NCBI RefSeq assembly: GCF_031769215.1 | Contig: NW_026782326.1 | Location: 744,001 to 808,000 of the forward strand | Reading direction: 5' to 3' | From: Ylistrum balloti | Taxonomy: Eukaryota | Length of the DNA stretch: 64,000 nt | Shown here: positions 1 to 13,974 of the stretch, piece after piece | Position numbering within the stretch: position 1 is the first letter of the stretch | How the letters are laid out: each line of letters opens with the position of its first letter | Program-made: the position numbers and the translations under genes | Notes under the pieces: model-generated | Seen by the model: only the letters and a program-made list of their open reading frames with translations | Told to the model about the DNA's origin: nothing | Databases searched by the model: none

Positions 1-459
1 GCCAGCTGTGATCTCTTGCACATATGTGTTGAATTTAGTCATTCTTGCAACATGTTTAGCAATTGTAAATGTTGTCAATTTAATTTATTTTACCAATTTA
101 CAAGTATCATTTTTCAGATTTATCAAATACACAATTTATACACAATAAACTTAATGTTCATATATAGTCATTGTGGAGCTTCCTTTCTTATTATAACGTG
201 TGATGAGTACTGTTACCAAAATTTGATTAAAACCTATTCTGTTATGGATTAAATAAAATTCGGAGTAAGACAATAATGATATACATTTTCACATAACCAT
301 TACTCTAACTGAATCCATTAAACTGTTTTATTGTGACTACCTGGTTACATCCCGGCACATGCTGATTGTATCTCATGTAGATTTTAAATTTCTATCTCAA
401 TACTTATCATATGGAATTATAAGCTGAATGAAATTTGTCGGTAGAATACTACCTTATGT

Positions 460-1472
460 ATGATAGTTCTGGGTGACGTAGAATTCAAGTTCAGGAGTAC
501 GATACATGTAGTTATGTGTGGGGTAGAATTCCAGTGGTGGAGTATGATAGTTCTGGGTGGGTTAGAATTCCATCGGTGGAATATGATAGTTCTGGGTGAC
601 GTAGAATTCCAGTGGTGGAGTATGATAGTTCTGTGTGGGGTAGAATTCCAGTGGTGGGGTATGATAGTTCTGTGTGGGGTAGAATTCCAGTGGTGGAGTA
701 TGATAGTTCTGGGTGGGGTAGAATCCCAGTGGTGGAGTATGATAGTTCTGTGTGGGTAGAATTCCAGTGGAGGAGTATGATGTTTCTGTGTGGGGTAGAA
801 TTTAAGTAGTAGAGTACGATAGTTCTGGGTGATGTAGAATTCCAGTGGTGGAGTATGATAGTTCTGTGTGGGGTAGAATTCCAGTGGTGGAGTATGATAG
901 TTCTGTGTGGGGTAGAATTCCAGTGGTGGAGTATGATAGTTCTGGGTGGGGTAGAATTCCAGTGGTGGAGTATGATAGTTCTGTGTGGGGTAGAATTCCA
1001 GTGGAGGAGTATGATGTTTCTGTGTGGGGTAGAATTTAAGTAGTAGAGTACGATAGTTCTGGGTGACATAGAATTCCAGTGGTGGAGTATGATAGTTCTG
1101 TGTGGGGTAGAATTCCAGTGGTGGAGTATGATAGTTCTGTGTGGGGTAGAATTCCAGTGGTGGAGTATGATAGTTCTGGGTGACGTAGAATTCCAGTGGT
1201 GGAGTATGATAGTTCTGGGTGGAGTAGAATTCCAGTGCTGGAGTATGATAGTTCTGGGTGGAGTAGAATTCCAGTGCTGGAGTATGATAGTTCTGGGTGA
1301 CATAGAATTCCAGTGGTGGAGTATGATATTTCTGGGTGGAGTAGAATTCCAGTGGTTGAGTATGATAGTTCTGGGCGGAGTAGAATTCCAGTGGTGGAGT
1401 ATGATAGTTCTGGGTGGAGTAGAATTCCAGTGGTGGAGTATGACAGTTCTTGGCGGAGTAGAATTCCAGTGA
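460..1472. repeat. 39-bp minisatellite, about 26 copies
   Basis: Unit gtagaattccagtggtggagtatgatagttctgtgtggg repeated head-to-tail with no spacers. It explains the 13-aa periodic ORFs on both strands. Confidence 0.95.
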
Positions 1473-3569
1473 TCATTTATACTGCAGAATCAATTATGTA
1501 ATACCAATATGTCAACATAATTATATTCCAAACTCAAAGTCAACAAAACTATGACAAAAGAAAGCAAACCAATGAGCTTCAAACACTTCCAGCTTCATAT
1601 CAGACTAAGAAGTAGAATATTGTAACACAGTAGGCGTAAACACACGTACTCGTCGGTAACAGCCATGTTTATTACATACAGAATAATAATAATGTTACAT
1701 GTACAAAAGCAACATCTCATCAACATACAGAGTTAATATACTCATACTATTACTGTTATATTATAGCGCTTGGCAGTGATTGTAGAGGTATTTATAAAAA
1801 GAACGAGATTGTCAGGCTCTGACGTGCATGTGTTTATTCGCCATCTTCTTCAACAACTAATCTTTGACACAACATAATAAAATCCGGAATTTTGGTGACT
1901 ACTAATTAAATGCAAATGGATCCGGATGGTTATCCGGATACCAATTCGATAGTAAATATAGGACAGTACTTCGCGTTGTGTCTCGTATCAAAACTGTCCA
2001 CAGGGCTCTGAGCTATCTCCCCTTCATAGGGCTAGTGCCCTCTCTTTCTCTCTGTCCATAAGACTCTCTCCATACGGCTCTATCTCTGTATGTCCATAGG
2101 GTTCTGTCTGCAGGGCTCTCTCCCCTACCCCAAAAACTCCCCTCCTTTTATCCCTGTTCTATATGATCTCGTCATAAAAATGCCACGATCTAATGCCCAT
2201 TGGTTGAATTTCCTATCAAGGTGTACTTCAGTTTATTAGACTGCCATTAAACTGCCTAATACTTGTTAACCGGAAGAAGTAGATGTCAGTACTGTCCACT
2301 GTAAATACAGTTACAAAATATCTGTGTACATTCATCACCCAGTCTACCAGATGTTACATATTGACAAAATTAATCCTACAACCAATCAGTCCAAGATTAC
2401 TGACTTATGTATCTGATATACACTAATATCGAAATTTCATTTTGTAACAATATATCTAAACCCTATTTTGTTACAATATTTATCGAAATAAACCGCTGAT
2501 GTTACAGAAGAGTCTCTCGCATCCTTAATTTCCTATGCTGGTGGGTATATACGATGTACATGGTCAATCAATCTCTTTTTTATTTACTGACAAGACGGCA
2601 TCAATATATATCTGAAAACTCGACGAAGATGTTGTCAACCATACAACTTACAGGGAGCCTAGTCAAGCGACCCTTTGTCGCTTGCGAAGCAACCCCTGAC
2701 ACGTATTCGCGAAGAAAAAAGTGAACATTTTCACACATACCATCAGTCAAGAAGTTGTGACACTGAAGTGGAATTCCCATCATTAATGCTATATGCAGTG
2801 TCACTCACTCAGGCACGCGAGCAGAATGAGTTTGGCTGAACGAAACTAAGATTAGTATCTTACTCGGCAAACATGCAGAGATCGTCCGAGAGGATAAAAC
2901 AGGAAAAACGAAATACCATGAATTAGTAAAGAACACAATAAATACAATCTTCAAGGAAGAAAGAGTTCCTTAAACAGTAGATTAAATGATTATTGTCACC
3001 AAATGATATACATAAGTTATAATACTATGCTCGCTCCAAATGGCCATTCTTCATATTATCTATGAATTGACCACCTGTGATAACAGTACAGGTTCTGGGT
3101 GTTATTGTTTGTTTATTAAAAAGATTTTAATTAAAATTGAAAAACAAATCTTTGCTAAAATTATCATGTTGAAGGGGACAATGAGGATTTTCATATTTTT
3201 CAGAATATATATATATATTTTTATTTTTTTGCATTGTGTTGGTGAACAGTCTCAAATCTGTGTCTATACACCGAAAACTAGTTCTAAAGGAAGTAAAATT
3301 TCCTTAGTACTTACACGTGGCCATGTTGTGAAGGCGTTCTCAGTTTGAATTTGCTGAAATGTAAATAATTTGTTACCATGACAGTGTTGCTAATTTGTAG
3401 GCATGTGTTCAGAATTAAATTTATTCTAGAAAGTTGTGGTGTTAGGTTGGAATTAACAATATTTTTGCATTTTTAGCATTTTGAAAATTGATAACCATGG
3501 CATTCACAAGTCAGAAATCAGGAGACATTTTGGATTTACACAGTTTTATTCCTGTATTTATTATCTTAT

Positions 3570-5230
3570 TTCTCTACCCTCTACCTAGTCTAACGATCAA
3601 ATATCCAGAGTGAACGTCGCAAATGTGTGTACCGTTGAAAATCAGATGCGAGGACTGTGACTCATTGTATATCGGACAAAACAGACAGGATATGTCCCAG
3701 GTTAATAAATTGGCTTTACATATCATTCCCAGCGGCAAAATCCTACCTTAGGATATTCTATGGACGCTAGTCTTTTCGACCACTACGTCCGCCTCTAAAT
3801 TATCTAAATCCTCCTGCATTTTCCTGGCGTCATCTAAACCCGCAGTTCTTGAATATATCTTTGTGTCATTAGCAAATAAATATGTTGGTACATTTACACA
3901 ATCTGGCATGTCCTTGGTGTATAGAACAAACTGGACTAAGTACGCTCCTCTGCGGTATTCCACTCGTAACATGGTGCTCTTTGGACTGTGATCCGTTGAT
4001 ATCAAAAAGCTCCTCTTAATTCTGAACACGTGATTTCACTCCGTCCACTTTATTTGGTAGACTATCTCAATTTGCATAAAAACAATTAAACTCCTTTAAC
4101 TTATTAACAGAAGCATTAAACATGTTTATAGTGTTTTGTGCTGTGTCTATACTCTTGCCTTTACTTTCATCACCTTTCTTTCCCATGGAGGTCCCTATGT
4201 GTTTGAAGTCCCCCGACTTTTCTCTGTCGTTTTCTGCCTTGGCTTCTTCTAGTTTTACCTTGTTCATGCTCCTTTCTTTTGTTGTCATGTCATGAATGAT
4301 ACTTGCTTTCGTGTACTTATCTTCAGCAGACGATAAGTTCCTCAAATTCCTCATGAACGTACATTTTGCCTTCTCATCTTCGAACACTACTTAAATTGGT
4401 CTAGGCCTATTTTTTTGCATCGTTGTTCAGCTCCTTAGATTTTACAACACGCTTTCCTAGTCTTGTGACCGACAATACAGATGCTGGGGTTGAGTTCATT
4501 ATTGCACACAGGTCATGCATTACCTTTATGTCTTCCTTTTTCCTAATTTCTGTTTCAGCTTGCTCAGATTCATCAATGATGAAAATAACGATATTGCATT
4601 TTCTAGACTAACATTTCTGAATTCGTTTATTTGCTCAGTTGTGGCCTCGTTTTGATGTTTCCACAACAGGTATGTCAGCTATTTTGATAATTTCATCCTC
4701 TAGTGCTTTGCTTCTTCTTTTTTCACTTCCTCTCTGACTATATCTCTGACTTGTTTTTCATCACAGGCAACTTCCTCAAGATAGGATATCCATGGCTATA
4801 TTTCTCATTACTTCCTCTCTGCATTGAACACAGAACCACGTGGAGTCTGACTCAGATAACACCACATAATCAGTGTCTGACTTGTTAAGGCATTTCGTAC
4901 AAAAGTGAAGATTACACTTCTGGCACTCCATTACTTCAGCATTAGGATCGCTAAAAATATTGCAACACAACTCACATTTCCATCCATCTGTCGCTCGTTT
5001 CTGGTGACACAAATGGAGAATTTCTTCTTGAATTATTCCTAGAACTTGGCCTAATGCTTTTCCTTGAAACGATATTCTTACTTTTTTCTTTTCTCACCGC
5101 TGTGACCGCTGTCCGATATTTTGGCTGCCTGGCTCATCTCGCCTAAACACTTGGCGAACTTTTAGAAATCGCGATTGAAAGCGACATGAAAATTACACAA
5201 TTGCTCTCTGTAGCTTATTGTAGCAATTCA
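3570..5230 (-). mobile_element. Decayed CR1/L2-type LINE: PHD-finger ORF1 with an internally deleted ORF2
   Basis: ORF 4776-5012 is a PHD finger (CELC..CQKCNLHFCTKC..WFCVQC). ORF 4067-4387 resembles a CR1 ORF1 C-terminus (LRNL..IIHDMTTKER) and ends in CFYAN, like an endonuclease start. ORF 3748-4029 has the RT motif LYTKDMP..LFANDTKIY..MQEDLDNL. Stops and frameshifts are present; boundaries are approximate. Confidence 0.75.
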
Positions 5231-5873
5231 GAATGTTATCCCATTCATACACTCTCTAAAACTATAAAAACATACAAAAATCTTTACAATTAAAGCAGAG
5301 CTCAAGATTTTCCGTCAATCAAAACCATATAATTGAAAATTCAATTAATTAAAATTCCAAAATAGTCAACAGAGAAAACAACTTTTTTGTCATGCAACTG
5401 ATCATTTAAAAACAAAATAATTACATTAAGAACTCAACACCACGTGTATTCTAATTTTTCTTCTCTTTTTTCTTTTTCTTTTTTCACACTCTGAAGAGTT
5501 CAGCAAGTGACTCACAGAGTTGATCATGTACATCGCCTGGGTATTTTTTAAATACTTCTTCGTTTTCTCATAAAGAATGTTCATAATGTTTAAAATATTA
5601 ACATATGCATGCAAAAATAAATGTATTAACACTGTTAAAACGGCACTATTTTACTCCGATTCTGCCCGATCCTGTAAATTGTCGCCCGATCCTGTCAACC
5701 GTCTTACCCACTTAAACAGAGCCGCACCATGCCTGTTACTTTCGATTTCTATTTTAAATAACCAATGAGCGTCAGCGATACATCAGCAATGATTTTTTAG
5801 CCAATCAAGTAAAGGTTCTTAGCGATAATTTATCAAAGGAAACCGATGGACAGAAAGAAGAGCGAAGTCAACA

Positions 5874-8800
5874 ATGATGCCAATTGCAGGTGAATTATAT
5901 TTTATTTTTCACAGAGTCTGATTATTTTTACAGGTGATCCATGCATAGATATAAGGTATGTGTTGACAGGGTATAGGAGACAAGCTATGTAAGATTTCAG
6001 ATTTAGTTTTACAGAAAAACTTACATTAGTCAGTGTATGTATGTATGTAACGCGGAAAAACACATTCCTATTAAGTTAATAATGGACGCAGGCAAAGCAA
6101 TGCCTCTATGTCCATATCTAAATTTGATTTACATTGGAATTGATATATCATACAATGTAGGAGGAAATAAATTGTTACATACTGACTTAGCAATTTACGG
6201 TTTTGAGAGATCAAATTATTGTTCATCATGAAATATTTCTACTGAAGCGAACAATTTTTTCTGTTCCATGGTGGTCCTCGAACCCAATAGATGTAGGCTT
6301 CAGATTCTTGTTCTTCTTTTCTTTTTGCCTCTTGATATAATTCACTTTCCTTTTCTCATTCTAATAAGGTCCTGATTTGTATAGAAGAAAATTGTTCGCA
6401 GCTGTGTAGCCTTTGGATATTTTTGAAAATATTTCATTTATGTATCAGAGAGTCGAATTTCACAAGCATTGGTCGCCCTTTTTCACTTGATGCTGTACTT
6501 GAATCCGGGCATTTTTCCAGTCTAATGACTTTCTGGGGTCCTCCCAGAGCATTTTGACAGGCTTCAATGATCCTCTCCACTACCCGAATATCTGCTCTCA
6601 TTTTTTTATTTTCAGAAACTCCAAAAATGACCATGTTGTTCTCCCTGCTTTGCCAATCCTTTACCTCGGAGAATATTTCATCCGAACACTGAGGTGTTTC
6701 CATCTGTTTCACAACCTTCCATTTCCTTTTTCAATACGCATTTGACATCAGATATTTCACATTTCCTCTTCATTGAATTTTCCAAATCTTCAAGCATTTT
6801 CTTGAATGTTTCCATTATCTCACGACACCTTTCCTCAATTTTTCTATCGTTCAGTATACTTTTCTCAACTATCACTTTACATGGAGGACAAAACCACACA
6901 CTATCTGATCGGCACAAAACTTTGTATGTGCGTACATTCGTGCCAATACATCCAATGCAAAAATATTCCTGGCATCTGTTAAATTTCAGCATTTTGGTTG
7001 TCTTCTCAACATACACCATTGAACACAACTTACACCCTGATTGGGTGATGTTCAGGGTATCTGTCCTGACTTCTGTAGACGAAGACACTGATTTGACTCT
7101 GGTAAAAGTAGTGCCACATCCGGTTTTACTTTTTGTCATTTTCCATAAAATCTATCAATGCTATTCACTCCAAAACATGTAGTAACTGACATCAATGCCA
7201 TATTTCATTTGTTATGTTTACTGTCGAAAACAGTAAATATCTAAGAAAATTACCCTGTTGCCTACAGAGCTTCCTGAATCACAACTGGTAATCATGGCGT
7301 GACGACACAATCCCCTTGAGTATTAAGAGCTTAGACAGGATGCAGACCAATTCACAGTTAATTCACAGCTCTACCAACTGACTTCGACTTAGTCATTCAG
7401 ACTGATTTAAGAATTTCAGGTGTTTTATAATTTAGTAACAAAGGGTTATTTTAGTAGTTAAGGGTTATTTTGAGACTTTGATTACAATAGTAATGTTAAT
7501 AACATTTACCACTCTTAAAAAAAAAATGTGTTTTCCATTTTGTTTTCTTTCTATAATGTCAATAGTTTCAACAAAGGAATACCCCATTAAGTTTCCAAAT
7601 CAGACGACTCAAATATACAATGTTAATGATTCATTAGATAAATCAATTGTGACAACATTACAATTTGTAAAGAATTTTAGACTTATGATAAAAAGTTCTT
7701 GATCTTCCCAATGCTTATATATTCAGATCTGTATTTGAGAGAATTTACTGTTGGTGCCGAGATTTCTTGTTCAACTATGATATAACAAACATTAAGTGTA
7801 TGAACATGTTGAAACTTAGAATTGCTGCATATGTGTATTATGACCAATTTGAATAATATACCTGATACATATTGATATTTTTTTGATCATTTAGTTTGAA
7901 GATGTGTATCATGTGTTGTCTTAGACAACCCCCTAGTGATCATTTTGGTGGGAGATTGTGAGGGGCTGTTGGTATAATTATATTATGGTCGCCAGAATCA
8001 TCTCCTGTGGACTAGAACTGATCAATAATAATGTCGATGATATTTGATCATATTTCAGATAATCAGATGCCTCAACCAGAACAGCATCAAGTGGACTACA
8101 AACAAAAGTACAAGGCTCTGAAGAAAAAACTCAAATTTCTTGTTTATGTATGTAAAATTAAATGGTTGAGATCAAGAAAGATAGCAGCAATTTCATGTTT
8201 AATCACCCAATATGAGGATTCATTTTATATCATGTAAGGACCCGAATGGGGAAATTTGGGTTCAAATTTTGATTTTCCATCCAGTTACAACTTGGCTTCT
8301 TGTTTATTTTACTGTAGGTGTATTACATGTTTATAAGATGAGGTTATATATTTCTATAAATATTGTATTGTATGTACTTGTATATAATACACAGTTAGTT
8401 TTTTGGGGAAACAATTTTTGAGAAAAATCTTTTCTAGAGAGTAAGTTTTGCCACCTAGTATAGATACTTGGCTGAGTCAAACTACATGTCTCCTGACCAG
8501 AAAATGATGCTGTTTACACAAGGTATGCTTTGAAAAAAAATACGTAATTACTATCACTCCTTTGCTACGATCTGTCATGATTGATGGAGTCAACAGTGGA
8601 AGAATCATTAGAGATATAAAAAATAGTTAGTTGTATACATATACATAATACAAAGTGATATAATGTCAGATATAGAGAATACATGTCAATATCTTAAAAT
8701 ACATGTATAAGCTGTATTCTGGTGAAGGTAAAGAAAAACAAAATGGCTCGCCACTTTTGTCTTTCTTTCCTAAGCCAATATACAACTTGTATTTCAAGAC

Positions 8801-11800
8801 ACTGACCATGTATTCTACATGTATTTATCCTGCAACATTGATAAAAAATTAGGCTATTGAAAAAAACAGATTTGTTGTTCAATCTGTGTTTACCTGTCAT
8901 TGACATTACGCTGGATTTTTACCTGATGACGGACGCCAAAATAATTGCTACAGAAACGTACAGTAAAACTTCGATGTGTCGAAGTTCAAGGGACCGTCAT
9001 GAAAACTTCGATACATCGGGACTTCGACTCATGAATGGTGACTGTCCAACCACAAAAAATACACCTGTAAAAGATGTGTATTGTGTCCGTTTGTGTTATA
9101 TGCAGAGTCCCTTATCAATATCTCATGTTGATCGCTTGCATAATCTATCAAATGTCTGTTCGAACACAACTTTGTCACAGAATATCGTAGGAAGGAAAAG
9201 AATTCATATGAATCTTAACATGTTTATTATAAAGACAAGAGATATCAAATAACAACGAATAACAATGCAACATAGCACTTCCATCGAGTCATTCACACAC
9301 AGGGCATCATGGTTGTATCGGAGATGAGAGTTCGGTTCACTTCCGGTATGTGTATCTTACTGATTTCGAAAAGGATGGAACAACATCCATACGTAACACA
9401 CATGTAAGAATGCAAGCACAATATACATTACATATATTAGCACTACATCGCAATGCAATATTTCTTCAAATCCAAATTAAACAAAGAATGATCAACAAAT
9501 TATATCTTACGCACTAATAATGTCCGCTAGTGAAATGAATTGATGTCCTGAAAAAAACCACTGATCTCAACACAGGAATCAGTCATGTTGCTCCACTGCG
9601 AAAAAATCCTCCATTGTCATTTGTTTCAAACAAACAATCACGCCATGATCACACCACTTAACGGTTAATGACTTGAGAATACAGCTTGTGTAGACAATCA
9701 GACATGGTCAGTGATTATTGTCACTTTGTGTCTAGCCCTTGCCTGGCCATTGTTCACGCTTCCACTGAGGTGTGAAAACTGCCATGGGACATTCAAGTTT
9801 TCTCATGCAGGTAAATTTTTTTACTTCGATTCATGTGTTGTGATTTCTAATGGTTTCTTAACCATGGGACCGGGAAAAAAGTTCGAAACAGTGAGAACTT
9901 CGATTCATAAAAGTTTGAGTCATAAATGTGAAATTGGTAGTATTCTGAAGATCAGGTTCCATAAAAGCGGAATACCTAAGCCTTTGCTATTGGCACCTTC
10001 TCCGCTTTGCTCCATCCGAAACCCTGTCCGGAGAACTGATCAGCCCGTTATTTGCGCCCCAGTCAGAAAGGTTCTTTGTAAGATCAGGTTCATCAGGTTC
10101 ATCAGCCATCCTGGCATCATCTGCCTCTTCATCATACGGAGGGAGCTCCTCTGCTAAATCGGAAAGAAGATCAACAGTATATAACAGCGATTTAACGAAT
10201 TTTCATAAATCAACTTTATCTTTACAACATGTAAAATCACCCATTTCAACAACTATTCATAATTCTAAACATAATACTTGATTTTGTTGAATTACAACAC
10301 ATACTAAAATACAGCTGTTTTCCATCACTACCGAACACAGCAAAAATACATGTGGCAGGTGTATTTTTACAATGGCAGTGCCAAATTTCTGGTTCAGTTG
10401 ATAGGAGTACAGGAGATGGTACATGTACAGGCAAAATAGTATCCAATTTCATTTGTGATAATTTTGTTTTATTTAAATATTGTTTTAAGTTCATCAATCA
10501 GATTTGTTTTATCATTGATCATATAAAACTTGTTAGAAGTTTGATGTGTAGGAGTGCACTAATTGAAGATAAGATGTACCTAATGAGCTTCTTCTTTGTT
10601 CATATTTGTTATTCAGGAGCAAGAATGTTTCCTTGAGGAATTAAGGAAAGCACAGAGAAAATTGTTAAAGATATCGAGAGACAGAAGGTAATCATCTTGA
10701 CACAGTAAAAAAAAAAATAAATAAATAAGATTTGTTCACTTGCTATAGATTCATGAAGTTATTTAAATTGCAGATTAATTTAGTTGTTCCTTGAAAAAGT
10801 AACTTTCTGTAAAAAATTTTCTTTCTTTTGGGTAGCTTTTTTTTTAAGGTCAAAACCTCAAGAAATATTTTTTATGAATGTTGTGATACATATCTAGTAA
10901 TAACCCTATGCTTGGTAATAAGCTCACCCTTACATTGCTGCTCAGTACAAGCTAATACTATATTATCATCTTGCAATAAACCCACCCCTTACTGAGTCAG
11001 AAATACAGGATAGATAATTTATGTCTTGATATGTTTGCTGCAGCTTTCTGTTGGACCGCCTCTTGCAACACGAGAAAATAGATGAATCTTCAGGCGATTC
11101 TGATGCTACTGCTTCAAGTGACAGTGAGGTAGAAAGTCAAAGTTCAAGAAAGTAAGAAAAAATACCTTTATCCATTGTAATAAAGATTATGATATTATTT
11201 TATAGATGTGTTTGACATCAAGCTAGAAGTCAAGTATCTTTGTAATGTGGATAAACATATCAAAGTTTTTCTCTCAAGTCTGTAACTGTTTGTCTGATGA
11301 TGAATATAACTGGTATTGCACATATCTTGTGTCTAACTGTTGGGGAAAGAAAACTGGTCAAAGCGCAGTCCGTCATTGAGAATAACTTGTGTCTAACTGT
11401 TGTAGAAGGAAAGCTGGTCTTAGTCCAGGCCAGGGTGGAGACCCTTCAGCCATTCTAGGAAGTCTTGGGACACCAGGAACGCCTTCTGGAGCATCCAGTC
11501 TTCTTGTATTGATTTTGATTATTATCTTTCTTAGACACTTTACAATATACACATACAAATATGATATATATTGATAGTACATGAAAAATATTGTTTGTAA
11601 CCTAAAGAGTACGAATACTTCTTCTGTTTCTCTTTGTTAGCTCATAAATGTGTTATGTTGGGAGCTCTGTGTTTGAAGGATTGATGATTAAAAATGTGTA
11701 ATTAATAGAGTTACATTGTCCCTCTTTTGATATTTGGTTTGTGTACCACAGGTACAAAGGTACTAATTTGCTATGAGAATGTTACATAATGGTAGACATA

Positions 11801-13258
11801 TATTTTAAAGTTCCATTTAAAAGAATGATGTTTGTAATATTTTAGGTGAAAAGGACTAAAGATGAAGTAATATTTGAGATTTTCTTTAACGTTGATTCCT
11901 TATAAATGAATGATGATTAAAATTTTATCCTTCAAATTAATTTTACTTGCTTTCATTGGCAGATGGCAGCAGAGCCAGCAAAGAAAAAGTCAAAATCAAG
12001 TGCTAAGAAGGCAGTGTTGTCTAAAGGAGGTAAGAGTGTGAGATATGATAAACATGTGTGGTATCAGTTATAACTTAGGAAACTGCATGTGATAGTTAAA
12101 GAAACATGGTCTGTTTAATTATGTCAGTATGGTACATAGTGGTATTCAAATATCCAACAGTCAATGTGAAATAATGATAGTTAAAGACATAATGTAAAAC
12201 AAACATACCTGTAGACTAGCTCTCCATCTGTACACAAGATTATTAATGATAAAATATTTTTTGTTAAAGGTTAACATCACTGGACAGCTAATATGTTCAG
12301 TAATTCACTTGTTCTCTCTGTCATGGTAGAGTTAAAAATCTGCAATTAGTGGCAATGAAACAGACTTGATACCAGTACTTAGCAGTATTCACCGACTGAA
12401 GTGTGGGACTGAAGTGTGGGACTGAAGTGAGGGACTGAAGGGGGAAATAATGTAATTAACTAAATATTTTCAGGTAAAGTATCTCAAGTTAAAGAGAAAG
12501 CAAGTCACATGACCAGGGAGGAGCTTGAGCGCCACCTAGAATCAAGACAGAATGTGTTTGGCATAGAAAAAGCCCCCATGATGTTACCAATGGAAATCTT
12601 CAGTAATGACAACTCAAACCCAGACAGGTAGGTCACACAACAGCTTTGACATTTCAAGATATTTATCTAAATTGTTTGAATACCTTATCCCTTGTAAAGG
12701 CATGCATTGGCCTACAACTGTTTTACTTCTAAATAAAGGAAAGAAAGTTTTACTTTCCTTGTTCTAAAGGGCAAGTAAAGTGAATGCTGTTTATCAACTT
12801 CTTTTGAAGTGCATTTATTCATGAATGGCTGAGCTGATTTTGAAAATAGAGTTTGCCTGTCGCTGTATTGGGACAGGAAACTAGCCAGTAAATGTGTAAA
12901 CTGTGGATGTGATTTGAAGCTGAAAACCTCTACTTAGTTTTCAGATCGACTGAACTATTTTGGACAAATAAATCCGATCAGCTGCAACAGTTCTTGAGCC
13001 AAATGTTGCTTGAATTATTTGGCTCATTAAAGAATTGGAGACTGCATTAGCTCAGTTGGTAGATGATAAAAAGTGCATAGTGAGCACAAGAAAAGTTTGT
13101 TATAATCAATTTTCAGTGAGTCAGCACTAGTAAGTTTATAATTAATTTTCAGTGAGTCAGCACTAGAAAGTTTGTTATGATTGATTTTCAGTGAGTCAGC
13201 ACTAGAAAACCTGAAAGAAGAAGAAGATTGTGATTTAATTGTGGATTCTGGACAGTGA
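5874..13258 (+). CDS. INO80E: INO80 complex subunit E, 8 coding exons, 223 aa
   Basis: Exons 5874-5889, 8059-8147, 10617-10687, 11044-11151, 11406-11505, 11963-12029, 12474-12627, 13192-13258; all GT-AG and phase-compatible, 672 nt. The translation [53 protein letters not shown] matches the INO80E N-terminal coiled coil, and the C-terminus carries LPMEIFSN and DLIVD. Exons 1 and 5 are the least certain. Confidence 0.9.
6290..7330 (-). mobile_element. Second CR1-type LINE fragment (PHD ORF1), antisense in INO80E intron 1
   Basis: ORF 6678-7139 has a degenerate PHD ([21 protein letters not shown]) and a coiled coil. ORF 6434-6712 has [25 protein letters not shown], typical of CR1 ORF1. Confidence 0.7.
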
Positions 13259-13974
13259 ATAGACAAGAACATAGCACATTGCTTTGGTAATCTCTATATA
13301 CAGGGACAGGTAAGGGGCCAGACTTGATAAGTTTACTTTTGTCCAAGAATTTCTCAATGAACTACTGGAACCAAGTGGATAAACCTTCACAAATGTGAAT
13401 ACCGATGTGCATTCGAACATGTGGACCTATTTGATATAAATGCTATATCTGTTTGAAGGTGCTGGATCAAAAGTATCGTATCTGATGTTGTACACAGGAA
13501 AATGATATTACAACTGATTTACATCATCAACTTACAATATTTAAGGTATAATTTGTTATGAAGTGAACGAACAGTCATAATATAGATGTACTCTCACTGA
13601 CTGGGAAGAAAAGATCTAATTACATTGTGTACCAGTAACATCATTGATTCTGACTATTTTTTACTGTAAAAAAACTGCCTTGTCAAGTATGAGATGTTGT
13701 TCTGATCCTGAACTTACATATTATAGGTTTCTGATATTAATAACATTTACATTTACCATTGACTCTGTTATTTTAACAAATGAAATTTGAAAAATTGTTT
13801 GAAAGTTGGATGAACCCATAGCCAAAGTCTATTTCCTGTAAATGTCTTGGCTTACTGAAGGGAGCATTTAGTCATTTTCAAATAGCTGAAGTCAAGTTAT
13901 TGTTTTGTGTTCCCATGTGGTAAATGGTGAGTAGTATGCAGGAATATCTATATGGTGTCTACCATTTTATGGTA

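Noticed and set aside
460-1501. Periodic ORFs of 62-263 aa on both strands
   Set aside because: These are by-products of a 39-bp unit divisible by 3, with no unique coding flanks or convincing splice context.
8600-10250. ORFs 8857-9252 and 9711-10157 in INO80E intron 2 as genes or a transposase
   Set aside because: No recognisable motif in any frame. The sequence is probably a decayed insertion, but I could not define termini or family.
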